In this document: piece by piece, positions 39,442-48,513 of the stretch
How the letters are laid out: every line of letters starts with the position of its first letter
Position numbering within the stretch: the first letter of the stretch is position 1
Assembly: GCA_965116885.1 (NCBI GenBank)
Contig: OZ220741.1
Location: 4,800,001-4,864,000 of the forward strand
DNA: 64,000 nt
Source of the DNA: Candidatus Latescibacterota bacterium
GTDB lineage: Bacteria > Latescibacterota > UBA2968
Direction of reading: 5' to 3'
Notes under the pieces: model-generated
The model's input: only the letters and a program-made list of their open reading frames with translations
What the model was told of the DNA's origin: nothing
The model's database searches: none
Translations under genes and position numbers: made by a program

Positions 39442-41751
39442 ATGTATCCATTAAAACACGTCGGATGGATGGGTGTTCTATGTGTGCTGGTATTTGCATC
39501 CGAAATCTGTGCCCAGCAACCCGAACTTCAACGCCACCTGACCCGAGGCAAGCTCTGGGCCACCTTTCGCAATACCGGCACCCAGGGCCTGCGCGACGAC
39601 AGTCGCCTGGGCGCAGATGCCGGCTTGATGTATCCCGGCTGGGGCATTGGCGAACGCGACTTCAGGGAATACTGGATCATTGGACAGGACGCCGACCACC
39701 GATATCACACCAGCCAGGGTGAGGGTTTTTGGGTTTTTACCAGAGAAGGAGGGTCATACAATGTATCGACCTCCAACCCGCGCTACAATACCGACGACAT
39801 CTTTGAAATGATCTACGATGCCGCTTCGGGACCAGAGCGCGATTTGGGCATTGAAACCCGGTCGTTCCTCACGGGCAATACCACGGCTAATTACTGGCCC
39901 GGAGCACCTGCACTGGTGGCCGACGAACCCATCGAAATCCACAATTACGATTACGGACGCTATATTCCCAATGACAATGAGGCCGAAGAAATCATCATCT
40001 CCAAATGGACGACAGAACGCGGCCTCACCATTACCCGCAAAGCCAGAGCGTGGAGCTATCCGGACTACGACGACTTTATTATTCTGGAAGTCATCATCGA
40101 AAACACCGGAGATAACAACGGAGACGGCGTACCCGATGCAGAGCTGCCTGTTGATCACCAGGACGTTTACTTTGCCTTTGTGAACAACCTGGCTCCATCG
40201 TGGGCCGGGCACCGCTGGCAAAACCAAACCGTACCGTGGGCGTATTCAGATCCGATCATCCTGGACGACTGGTACAAATACAGCGAAGCGTCCAATTTCG
40301 ATGGCCTGCCCGCACTTCGGGGGAAAAAAATCTCTTATGTCTATGACAGCGATCTGCTCTCTTCTGCCGGAGACGACACGGGGCAGCCTTTCGATAGGAA
40401 CAACGCCCAGTCAGCCTATATCAACCGGGGCCAACTCAGCCACGGCGAACTACTGGCTTTCCAGTACATTGGCCTGGCACCCCTCGATTACGACCCTACC
40501 GACGGGTTCACCAACGACACCGAGACCTACGTGGCTCCCAAAACAATGGATCAGCCCGCCTTCGCCAACTGGTGGGAGATCTTCGGACGCTTCGATTGGA
40601 ACACGCCAGATATTACCAACTTGAATAGCGACGAAAATCTCTACAATGAATTTATTGGTTTGGGTAGAGTTCCAGCCGATCAACCCAACCCCGATCATAT
40701 CAGCCGCGTAACCTTCGCACACACTTATGGGCCTTACGATCTGGCCCCCGGTGAAAAAGCCAAAGTCGTGGTCGCCTGGGTCGCCGGATCGGGTGCCGAA
40801 TTTGCCGGTCCCGGCGGCAGTCCCATGGATGTTTACGAATGGGCGCGCCAGGGCAATCAAAGCCAGGTCGCCGACGGCGAACGGGCGATGGCACAGCATC
40901 TGGAACGCGCGCAATTTGCCTACGACAACAATTACGACCTGCCCGACGCGCCTCCCGATGTCGCCGTATTTGTAGATAGCGACGAAAACGGGAACAACGC
41001 CATCACATGGTCTGACCGGGCTGAAAAGTCCCCCGATCCGGATTATACGGGCGATGAAGCCCTGGATGTGCAGGGCTATCGGGTCTATCGCACCCAGAAC
41101 AACCACCTGGGCCCCTGGGAACTCGTGGCTGATATCCCCAAAGGAACTACCCCATCCAACGCGGAATACGCACCCAACACGCCCTGGACATCGCCCACGA
41201 TCTCCTACGCCGATGGGGGAACCTACACCTATCGAGACGTGGAATCCGTACCTGGTTTCAGGTACTGGTATTCGGTGCGCACCTACGATTCCGGACACAG
41301 CGACTGGAACGGCACAGGCCGAGCCATCCCTTCTCTGGAATCCGGACACAGCGCACCCGAACAGCGCATGAATGTTTCGAGAAGTCCCATTGTGATTGCA
41401 ACCGCTGAAAAAGACGCACTGGCCGAACAGGTACGCGTAGTCCCCAATCCTTTTCGAGACGATCCGGGAGACGCCGACCACAGGTATCCACCGGCCAGCA
41501 ACAATATTCGCTTTGTCAATATTCCCCGAAAGGCCAAAATCTCCATCTTTTCCATCTCCGGAGATCTAATCGCCGTCATCAACCACCCGCAACGCGCCAC
41601 CGATCCCGACAGGGGCGAAGCCACCTGGGATCAGCGCACGCGCACATTTTCCGGGCGCGTCGCCGCCGGACGCTACTACTACGTGGTAGAATCTCTGGTT
41701 GCTGGCGAAACGGGCAAAAAGCAAACCGGGATGTTTATGATCATCAAATAG
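39442..41751 (+). CDS. Secreted protein with Fn3-like domain and T9SS type A-like CTD (paralog of 4339-6714)
   Basis: LTRGKLWATFRNTGTQG, ITRKARAWSYPDYDDFIILE, YGPYDLAPGEKAKVVVA, VRVVPNPF..IRFVNIP..AAGRYYYVVES..GMFMIIK. Confidence 0.78.
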   Translation: MYPLKHVGWMGVLCVLVFASEICAQQPELQRHLTRGKLWATFRNTGTQGLRDDSRLGADAGLMYPGWGIGERDFREYWIIGQDADHRYHTSQGEGFWVFTREGGSYNVSTSNPRYNTDDIFEMIYDAASGPERDLGIETRSFLTGNTTANYWPGAPALVADEPIEIHNYDYGRYIPNDNEAEEIIISKWTTERGLTITRKARAWSYPDYDDFIILEVIIENTGDNNGDGVPDAELPVDHQDVYFAFVNNLAPSWAGHRWQNQTVPWAYSDPIILDDWYKYSEASNFDGLPALRGKKISYVYDSDLLSSAGDDTGQPFDRNNAQSAYINRGQLSHGELLAFQYIGLAPLDYDPTDGFTNDTETYVAPKTMDQPAFANWWEIFGRFDWNTPDITNLNSDENLYNEFIGLGRVPADQPNPDHISRVTFAHTYGPYDLAPGEKAKVVVAWVAGSGAEFAGPGGSPMDVYEWARQGNQSQVADGERAMAQHLERAQFAYDNNYDLPDAPPDVAVFVDSDENGNNAITWSDRAEKSPDPDYTGDEALDVQGYRVYRTQNNHLGPWELVADIPKGTTPSNAEYAPNTPWTSPTISYADGGTYTYRDVESVPGFRYWYSVRTYDSGHSDWNGTGRAIPSLESGHSAPEQRMNVSRSPIVIATAEKDALAEQVRVVPNPFRDDPGDADHRYPPASNNIRFVNIPRKAKISIFSISGDLIAVINHPQRATDPDRGEATWDQRTRTFSGRVAAGRYYYVVESLVAGETGKKQTGMFMIIK

Positions 41752-41767
41752 TGCAAAGGAGATACAC

Positions 41768-42709
41768 GTGAAACGCTTACAAACAACGCTCATCCTGGTC
41801 TTCACTGCCTTTGTCCTATCGGCAACAGGCGCAGAAGCCGGGTTAAAAAAACTCGGTAATGCCGGGTTCACCTTCCTCAAAGTCTCTCAAAGCGCGCGCG
41901 CAGTTGCTATGGGCGATGCTTACACCGCAGTGGGCACGGGTGTCGATGCCATGTTCTGGAATCCAGCGGGCATCACGCAAATCAATCGCGCCGCTTTTAG
42001 CCTGGGATACAACAACTGGATGGTCAACTCCCAATTTTATTCGGGTGCATTTGCCTACAATTTGGGAACACAGGCCATAGGCATCACGGTCTTGTCTTTC
42101 ACACCCGATGAATTTGAAGAAACCACCATTTTTCAGCCCAATGGCACGGGCAATATCATTAAAGACAGCGACTTTGCTGTTGGCCTGACCTATGCCATCA
42201 AATTCACCGACAGATTGTCATTTGGCGCCCAGGGCAGATATATTCGAGAGACGCTCTATACCGATGTCAACAGCGGCCTGGATATCTCGATAGGCACGCT
42301 CTTTTACACCGGATTCCGCTCTTTGCGACTGGCCATGACACTAAAGAATTTCGGACAGGATATCGTCATTATCGATGACACAGCCTTCCGCCCCCTCATC
42401 TACAGCATCGCGGCTTCAATGGAACTCTACGGCAATCTGGGCGATCCAGTTTCACTTACCGTAGCTGCGGAGAATGCCTTTTTTGTGGATTTCGAAGGCC
42501 GCATTCACACAGGCGCCGAACTCTGGTTGCACAATATTCTCGCACTACGCGGCGGCTGGAAATTCAACAACGACACCGAGAGTTTTGCCCTGGGATTTGG
42601 CCTCAAATACGCCCTCAATGAGCGTCCCTTTACCCTGGACTTTGCGTATAGCGATATGGGAGAGCTATTGGACCCCACCTATCGGATAACCATTGGCGGT
42701 TCCTTCTAA
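41768..42709 (+). CDS. PorV/PorQ-family outer-membrane beta-barrel
   Basis: FLKVSQSARAVAMGDA..FWNPAG; LALRGG; C-terminal GSF. Confidence 0.85.
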   Translation: MKRLQTTLILVFTAFVLSATGAEAGLKKLGNAGFTFLKVSQSARAVAMGDAYTAVGTGVDAMFWNPAGITQINRAAFSLGYNNWMVNSQFYSGAFAYNLGTQAIGITVLSFTPDEFEETTIFQPNGTGNIIKDSDFAVGLTYAIKFTDRLSFGAQGRYIRETLYTDVNSGLDISIGTLFYTGFRSLRLAMTLKNFGQDIVIIDDTAFRPLIYSIAASMELYGNLGDPVSLTVAAENAFFVDFEGRIHTGAELWLHNILALRGGWKFNNDTESFALGFGLKYALNERPFTLDFAYSDMGELLDPTYRITIGGSF

Positions 42710-42723
42710 GAAGCGGTCGCGAT

Positions 42724-44103
42724 ATGAAACAGGTCCTTTTGTCGCTGTGTCTCGCGCTGGCTCTCATCGCACCAATTTCAGGCGAAGATATCCCCGTTAT
42801 GGCACAGGGAGCCATCCCATTTTGGGTCGATAGAGCTGGGTTTTATGCGCCAGACAGCCTGAACTATGGCGAACTATATCTCCAATGCTTTTGCCAGCAC
42901 CTCACATTTAAAGAATCAAATGACAGCCAGCGGGCTGCCTACCGCGTCGAAGCAACCTTTTACACCGAACGCGATACCATTCCCTTCAAATGGGAAAAAC
43001 AGATTGTCACAGGCGCGGGAATAGATCTGCGCGACCAAATGATTACAGAGGCGTTGCGCTTCAGAATCGCTCCTGGCACCTACCGGGGTCGCGTTCGCCT
43101 GAAAGATTTGCAGGCCAATGCTGAAGGCACCTGTGAACTTGCCTTTACAATGCCCGAATTTGACAACGCCGCCTTGATCATAAGCGACATCCAGTTTGCC
43201 CATCGGATTGACGTCGCGAACTCACAGACCAGCAGCAGCCTGGTCAAAAATGGGTTCAAAATTATTCCCAATACGCGCAGGTCAATAGACACAATCTTAA
43301 ACATCTACTTTGAACTCTACGGCCTTGCCGAAGGCGAGGGACGGGCTGCAACTTTTGACCTCGCCTATACCCTCCTGGATACCGCGGGACAGCGGATCAA
43401 AAACTTTCCCTCAGCGCGCTACCGCAAACCCGGCACAACTGCAATTAAAACCGAATCTCTCGATCTCAAAGGTGTACCGTCAGGGCATTATGTACTGCAA
43501 ATCACTACCCGCGATAATGGTACTGGCAAAATGACCACGCGCCAGAGAACCTTTTCAATTGTAAATGTGCAAAAACCCACACTGGCAACAGACCCCGCCT
43601 CTTTAAAACGCTATTACAAACAAATCCGCTACATCGCCACAAAAGCTGAACGCGAAACCTATGCCTCCTTGAGCACCGCCGAGAAAGTGAAATTTATTCT
43701 CTCTTTCTGGAAAAAACATGACCCAACGCCTCTAACGCCCGAAAATGAATTTGCCACCGAACATTTCAGGCGCATCCGCTATGCAGACGAACGCTTCTCT
43801 GCGCGTCCAGGACAAAAGGGATCGGATACCGATCAGGGGCGCATCCACATCAAATACGGCCTGCCAACAGACATTGAGCGCAGTCCGTTTAGTGCCACCG
43901 GCAAAGCTTTTGAAATTTGGACCTACGAACACCTCAACTACTACAAGTTTGTATTTCTGGATCGCCTCGGAGATGGCGTTTATGAAATGATCCACGCCAC
44001 CATGCCAGGAGAACGCTACAACCCCAACTGGCGAGACGAACAAGCCATCGGTGACCAAACCGACCCCACATCGCTGCCATCTGAGGCATATTCTCCGCCA
44101 TAA
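42724..44103 (+). CDS. GWxTD domain-containing exported protein
   Basis: Signal peptide; FWKKHDPTPLTPENEF..RIRYA..GSDTDQGRIHIKYGLP..EIWTY. Confidence 0.85.
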   Translation: MKQVLLSLCLALALIAPISGEDIPVMAQGAIPFWVDRAGFYAPDSLNYGELYLQCFCQHLTFKESNDSQRAAYRVEATFYTERDTIPFKWEKQIVTGAGIDLRDQMITEALRFRIAPGTYRGRVRLKDLQANAEGTCELAFTMPEFDNAALIISDIQFAHRIDVANSQTSSSLVKNGFKIIPNTRRSIDTILNIYFELYGLAEGEGRAATFDLAYTLLDTAGQRIKNFPSARYRKPGTTAIKTESLDLKGVPSGHYVLQITTRDNGTGKMTTRQRTFSIVNVQKPTLATDPASLKRYYKQIRYIATKAERETYASLSTAEKVKFILSFWKKHDPTPLTPENEFATEHFRRIRYADERFSARPGQKGSDTDQGRIHIKYGLPTDIERSPFSATGKAFEIWTYEHLNYYKFVFLDRLGDGVYEMIHATMPGERYNPNWRDEQAIGDQTDPTSLPSEAYSPP

Positions 44104-44119
44104 GCAATCGATCAAACCT

Positions 44120-46105
44120 ATGGCAAAAACGCCAGTCTCTCAATACAGATCAGAATACCTGTCCAAACCCAAGACAAGTGGCGTAAGCCTTCGCGCCATT
44201 GTATTGGGTCTCGCGCTCGTTGTCCTGATCAACCTCTGGATGCCCTATTCAGAGTACATCGTGCGGGCATCGCGCATGAACCTCAGTCATTTTCCGGTCG
44301 CAGTATTCATCCTCTTTCTCCTCATACGCTACTTGCTCACCCCCCTGCTATCAGCCTGGAACCCCACCCTTCTTTTAACCCCTTCTGAACAGTTCGTCAT
44401 CATTGCAATGGGACTTGCAGGTGGTGTCGTGCCCGGATCAGGTGTACTCGGTTTTCTCTTTGGAACCATTGCTACCCCGTATTATTTTGCCACGCCAGAA
44501 AACCGCTGGGCAGACTTCTTTCACGCCCACCTTCCCACCTATTTGGTGCCGCCCAATACCAACGGCGCAATGCGCGATTTTTACGAAGGCGCACTGCCCG
44601 GCACGCCAATCCCCTGGTCTATATGGGGCGCGCCCCTTTTTTGGTGGCTTGTTTTCATCGCCGCCATTGTCTTTGTTTCGGCCTGTATTGCAGTCATCTT
44701 GCGCCGCCAGTGGTCTGAAAATGAGCGTTTGGCATTTCCTCTGTTAAGTCCGACTCTGCATATTGTTTCTCCAGAACAGACACGCGATAATCCCTTGCAG
44801 TACAGAGGTCTCTACTGGGCGGGATTCGCTCTTTCCTCTGGCATTCTCGCCTGGAATATTCTCCATTTCTTCTGGCCTATCGTGCCCGATATTAAACTGA
44901 CACTTCCCTTTTTTTATTTCTCCAAAGGTTATCCCCCCATCTTTCCCCGATTCAATATTTACGTCATGGGATTTGCCTATTTTGCCAACCTCGACGTGCT
45001 TTTCAGCATGTGGTTCTTCCATCTCCTTTTTTACCAAATCCCAGGTGGCCTCTTAAATCGCATTGGATTTGACATGTCCGGCCGCGGCGACCCCTATGGT
45101 GCGCTTCACTTTTCCGGCGCGGGCTGGTTGTGTTTTGGCGCTCTGTGTTTTTTTGTTTTTTGGGGATTGTATATCTCTCGCCATCATCTCAAAGCGGTCC
45201 TTCTCAAAGCCATCAATCCACAACACCCCATTGACGACACCCGGGAACTCTTATCTTACCGCACCGCTATTTTGGGGCTGCTTATTGGAACAATTTTTAT
45301 TTTTCTCTGGTTGTATCAATCCGGCATGGGGGTCTCAACAATCGCCTTTTACATTGTAGCCACCTTTGTCATTTACGTAGGCGTGGCGCGTGTCGTCGCG
45401 CAAACTGGCATCCTTTTTGTGCAAGCCCCAATCAGCGCACAGGTTTTCACCATTTATTCTCTTGGCGCACACGCCCTTTCGATGCCCACGATGACATCGC
45501 TCGCCCTCTCCTACGCACTCACGAACTATATTCGCGGTCTGTTTATGCCCGCATTAATCCATATCGCCAAACTATCCGAATGGATCAAAGCCGACCACCG
45601 CAAACTTTTAGGCGCGGTCTTTTTGGGATTGGTCGTCGGCTGTCTGGCGTTTATTGTATATGTCATACCCCTGGGTTATGAAAGGGGGGCTTTCAATTTT
45701 AACGACATTCCGCTCAAATCGGGTATCAATCGGATCTATCCGGTGATTCTCAGCAAAATTGTCAATCCCTTTGATCCCGACTGGCAAAGACTGGGCTTTT
45801 TTGGCGGCGGCGCGGCATTGATGGGACTGCTCACATTCTTACAATATCGCTTCCCCTGGTGGCCCCTGCATCCCATTGGCCTGACTGTTTGCAGCACCAA
45901 TGTCGCCCGCAGCAATCAGGTCTCTATTTTTATTATTTGGGCATTTAAATTGTTCGTACTGCATTTTGGCGGTGTCTCTGCTTATCGTCGTTTTCAGCCC
46001 TTCTTTATTGGCCTTCTTACCGGTTATGGCCTGGGAGTCGCGCTGTCTTTTATTGTCGATGCCCTGTGGTTTTCCGGTCAGGGACATTACGTACACAGGT
46101 GGTAA
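44120..46105 (+). CDS. DUF6785/DUF6784-type polytopic membrane protein
   Basis: Start MAKTPV; LRRQWSENERLAFPL, FPWWPLHPIG, C-terminus GQGHYVHRW (cf. GQGHLVHHW). Confidence 0.75.
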   Translation: MAKTPVSQYRSEYLSKPKTSGVSLRAIVLGLALVVLINLWMPYSEYIVRASRMNLSHFPVAVFILFLLIRYLLTPLLSAWNPTLLLTPSEQFVIIAMGLAGGVVPGSGVLGFLFGTIATPYYFATPENRWADFFHAHLPTYLVPPNTNGAMRDFYEGALPGTPIPWSIWGAPLFWWLVFIAAIVFVSACIAVILRRQWSENERLAFPLLSPTLHIVSPEQTRDNPLQYRGLYWAGFALSSGILAWNILHFFWPIVPDIKLTLPFFYFSKGYPPIFPRFNIYVMGFAYFANLDVLFSMWFFHLLFYQIPGGLLNRIGFDMSGRGDPYGALHFSGAGWLCFGALCFFVFWGLYISRHHLKAVLLKAINPQHPIDDTRELLSYRTAILGLLIGTIFIFLWLYQSGMGVSTIAFYIVATFVIYVGVARVVAQTGILFVQAPISAQVFTIYSLGAHALSMPTMTSLALSYALTNYIRGLFMPALIHIAKLSEWIKADHRKLLGAVFLGLVVGCLAFIVYVIPLGYERGAFNFNDIPLKSGINRIYPVILSKIVNPFDPDWQRLGFFGGGAALMGLLTFLQYRFPWWPLHPIGLTVCSTNVARSNQVSIFIIWAFKLFVLHFGGVSAYRRFQPFFIGLLTGYGLGVALSFIVDALWFSGQGHYVHRW

Positions 46106-46135
46106 ACAAACGCGCGAAAGACAGTGCCAAATATT

Positions 46136-46165
46136 AAAAAGCCGACGTAAAAACATCGGCTTTTC
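46136..46165. terminator. Bidirectional terminator between convergent operons
   Basis: AAAAAGCCGA..TCGGCTTTT. Confidence 0.75.
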
Positions 46166-46187
46166 TTGAAAATCTGCCCTATCTACC

Positions 46188-46946
46188 TCAAAACGCGATC
46201 ATCAAACCCATGGGCGCAGGCTCAAAAACCACGCTATCAAACAAATTCAGAACCCAAATCGCACCGAGCACACCGATCAAGATGTTCACCCGCTTTTCAC
46301 TGGACTTAACCTCTCGATGACGCGCCTCCCACTCGGTATAGCGCGTCCCGTCCTCATTTGTATATCGCTGGTTTACATGATAAAGTATAGTCGTCTGATT
46401 GTAGTGCTCGCGGGCACTCTGAAAATCCCGATACTGCACCCCCAGCACGACAGACGTACCAACCACGGCACCGAGAAACGCATATCCCTTTTTCTTATAC
46501 CCCCGGTAAAACTGCCCCCATCCGGGAACGAACAAAGACCGCATCCCAGAAAACAAGCGTTTGGTCTTCATGCGGCGTGCCGCCTCCTCACCGTGCAACA
46601 AAGCCCACCAGAACGTGCCTGGATCTGCATTTTCAAAATAGCCCCGATCCAATCGATTATTCAGGGCAAAAGCCTCTCGAAACGCCCAATCGGCACGCAG
46701 AGAATCCCCCGTCGCAAGATAACAACAGCCCAGATCATAAAACAGACGTGCACGCGAATCCCGATTCATCGGCGTCAGCTTCGGCGAGAGTTGCGCCACA
46801 CCCGGTACAGCCAACAAATACCCTATCGCACCTCCATAATCCCCCTGTTTGTAGCGCACCTCGGCCTCTTGAACATAAGGCGGAACATCCTCTGCACCTG
46901 CAATACCAAAAGCACCGATAAGCGCTACAAAAACAAAAAATCTCAT
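46188..46946 (-). CDS. Exported TPR-like protein with C-terminal membrane segment (PGWGQFY, DUF5683-like)
   Basis: Start MRFFVF; YDLGCCYLATGD TPR-like helix; SLFVPGWGQFYRG..KG. Confidence 0.65.
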   Translation of the reverse strand: MRFFVFVALIGAFGIAGAEDVPPYVQEAEVRYKQGDYGGAIGYLLAVPGVAQLSPKLTPMNRDSRARLFYDLGCCYLATGDSLRADWAFREAFALNNRLDRGYFENADPGTFWWALLHGEEAARRMKTKRLFSGMRSLFVPGWGQFYRGYKKKGYAFLGAVVGTSVVLGVQYRDFQSAREHYNQTTILYHVNQRYTNEDGTRYTEWEARHREVKSSEKRVNILIGVLGAIWVLNLFDSVVFEPAPMGLMIAF

Positions 46947-46959
46947 CTCAATCTCCCAA

Positions 46960-48513
46960 TCAATTTGGATCGGCCTGGACAAAAGGCACCAGGAACGGAG
47001 GTGCACTCTTAAACAGAACAATATGATTTTGTGCATCCCATACATACACACCACCATCATGAGAAACAGCCAAACCCACAGGATCTAAAACCACATCATC
47101 TATAACACGCCATCGCAAGACGGGCTGTCCGTCAGCATTAAAAACCATAACTCGATCCCGAGCCAGTACAAATACAGCCCTGGGACCACTGCCAACCCAT
47201 ACGGGAAAAACACCATCGGGCAACACAACCTCTTCCCAAACAGGCTGTGACCCCATGTGGCTTGTATCCGTGCGAAACACCTCTCCCTGCGTCGTCACCA
47301 TCCAGATATCAGATCCCAAAACCGCCAGACTCTGGATCGCGCCTGCAATGCCCGTATCATAAGCCCCACGTTCAATAATGGCATTTACATTAAATGAGAA
47401 TGCCTTTAACCTCTGTCCAACACCCACCCAAATCGTGCCATCGGATGCAATCGTCATCGCAGTAGGCATTTCAGAATCCGCAACGCGCCAGGCATCGTAT
47501 TGCCAGGGAATCTCAGAGATGCTCAACTGAGTTGACCGAAACGCAGAAAACTGCACCTCTTGGGTCTCTGGCAAAATGCCGCAGAGCAATACAGTGGGAA
47601 GAACACGGATTCCATAAGAGACCGCGACAACAGAAAGAGATTCCAATCGCAACCCCGCGCGATTGGGCACGGGCAATGCGCGCGAGCTACCCTCATATCC
47701 CGTATGGTTGACCTCGCGTATGGAAATGGCATCAGATGTCGCGAGTAACGCCAGGGCGGAACTTGCAAAAGTCGTAGCGGAGGTCAAAGCCACAAATACA
47801 TTCGGTGCTTCGGCAATACTGAAATTGAGTCGCCGTTGATATGGGTATATAAACATCTCGCGACTATCGAGCACCACATCGCGATCCATCGTATTCCGCA
47901 AGCGATACGTATATTTGCGGTTGCCTTCCATAATCACATCGGTAAAACTCACAACTTCGGGATCTTCAGACTGAAAAATCACCTGCGCTGCCGCATCATC
48001 TACAGAACGCAACAACTCATAGCGGCGGGGAACACCTGCCGCCAAATGCCAGTTGACAGTCGCTGTGCCCTCTTCAGGCAAAAACTGGATCGTCTCCAAT
48101 ATCGCACCGGGAATCTGCACCGAGCCTACGGTTGCTCTTGCTGGTTTCTTTCCGGCGGTTTCTGTATGCAGGCTATAACGGTGCAATTCACCAGACTGGA
48201 TATCAAAATGCGCGATCGGCATCATTTTCCACACATCTGCACGGGGGGTCGCTTCCCGCGAAGGCGCAGGCAAATCACGCCAGGGAAATCCGCGCCAGCC
48301 ATCGCGCTCACTGCGCCAAAAACGATAGCGCGCCACAGGTTCAATACCCAGATATTCCCATTCGAGTACAACCGCATTCTGCTCCTCGTCATATCTCAGA
48401 TCAAAGGGGACCACAATCCGCGAATTGGCCGGATCAGTAGCGAGATCGCGCCGGGAATCACACCCGGCCAACAACAAAAGACACAATAAAAAATATGTGA
48501 CACTATTGCCCAT
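46960..48513 (-). CDS. Lipoprotein with Fn3-like and beta-propeller (NHL-like) regions
   Basis: Lipobox LAGC; YELLRS..FTD..YTYRL; PVGLAVSHDGGVYVWD. Confidence 0.65.
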   Translation of the reverse strand: MGNSVTYFLLCLLLLAGCDSRRDLATDPANSRIVVPFDLRYDEEQNAVVLEWEYLGIEPVARYRFWRSERDGWRGFPWRDLPAPSREATPRADVWKMMPIAHFDIQSGELHRYSLHTETAGKKPARATVGSVQIPGAILETIQFLPEEGTATVNWHLAAGVPRRYELLRSVDDAAAQVIFQSEDPEVVSFTDVIMEGNRKYTYRLRNTMDRDVVLDSREMFIYPYQRRLNFSIAEAPNVFVALTSATTFASSALALLATSDAISIREVNHTGYEGSSRALPVPNRAGLRLESLSVVAVSYGIRVLPTVLLCGILPETQEVQFSAFRSTQLSISEIPWQYDAWRVADSEMPTAMTIASDGTIWVGVGQRLKAFSFNVNAIIERGAYDTGIAGAIQSLAVLGSDIWMVTTQGEVFRTDTSHMGSQPVWEEVVLPDGVFPVWVGSGPRAVFVLARDRVMVFNADGQPVLRWRVIDDVVLDPVGLAVSHDGGVYVWDAQNHIVLFKSAPPFLVPFVQADPN

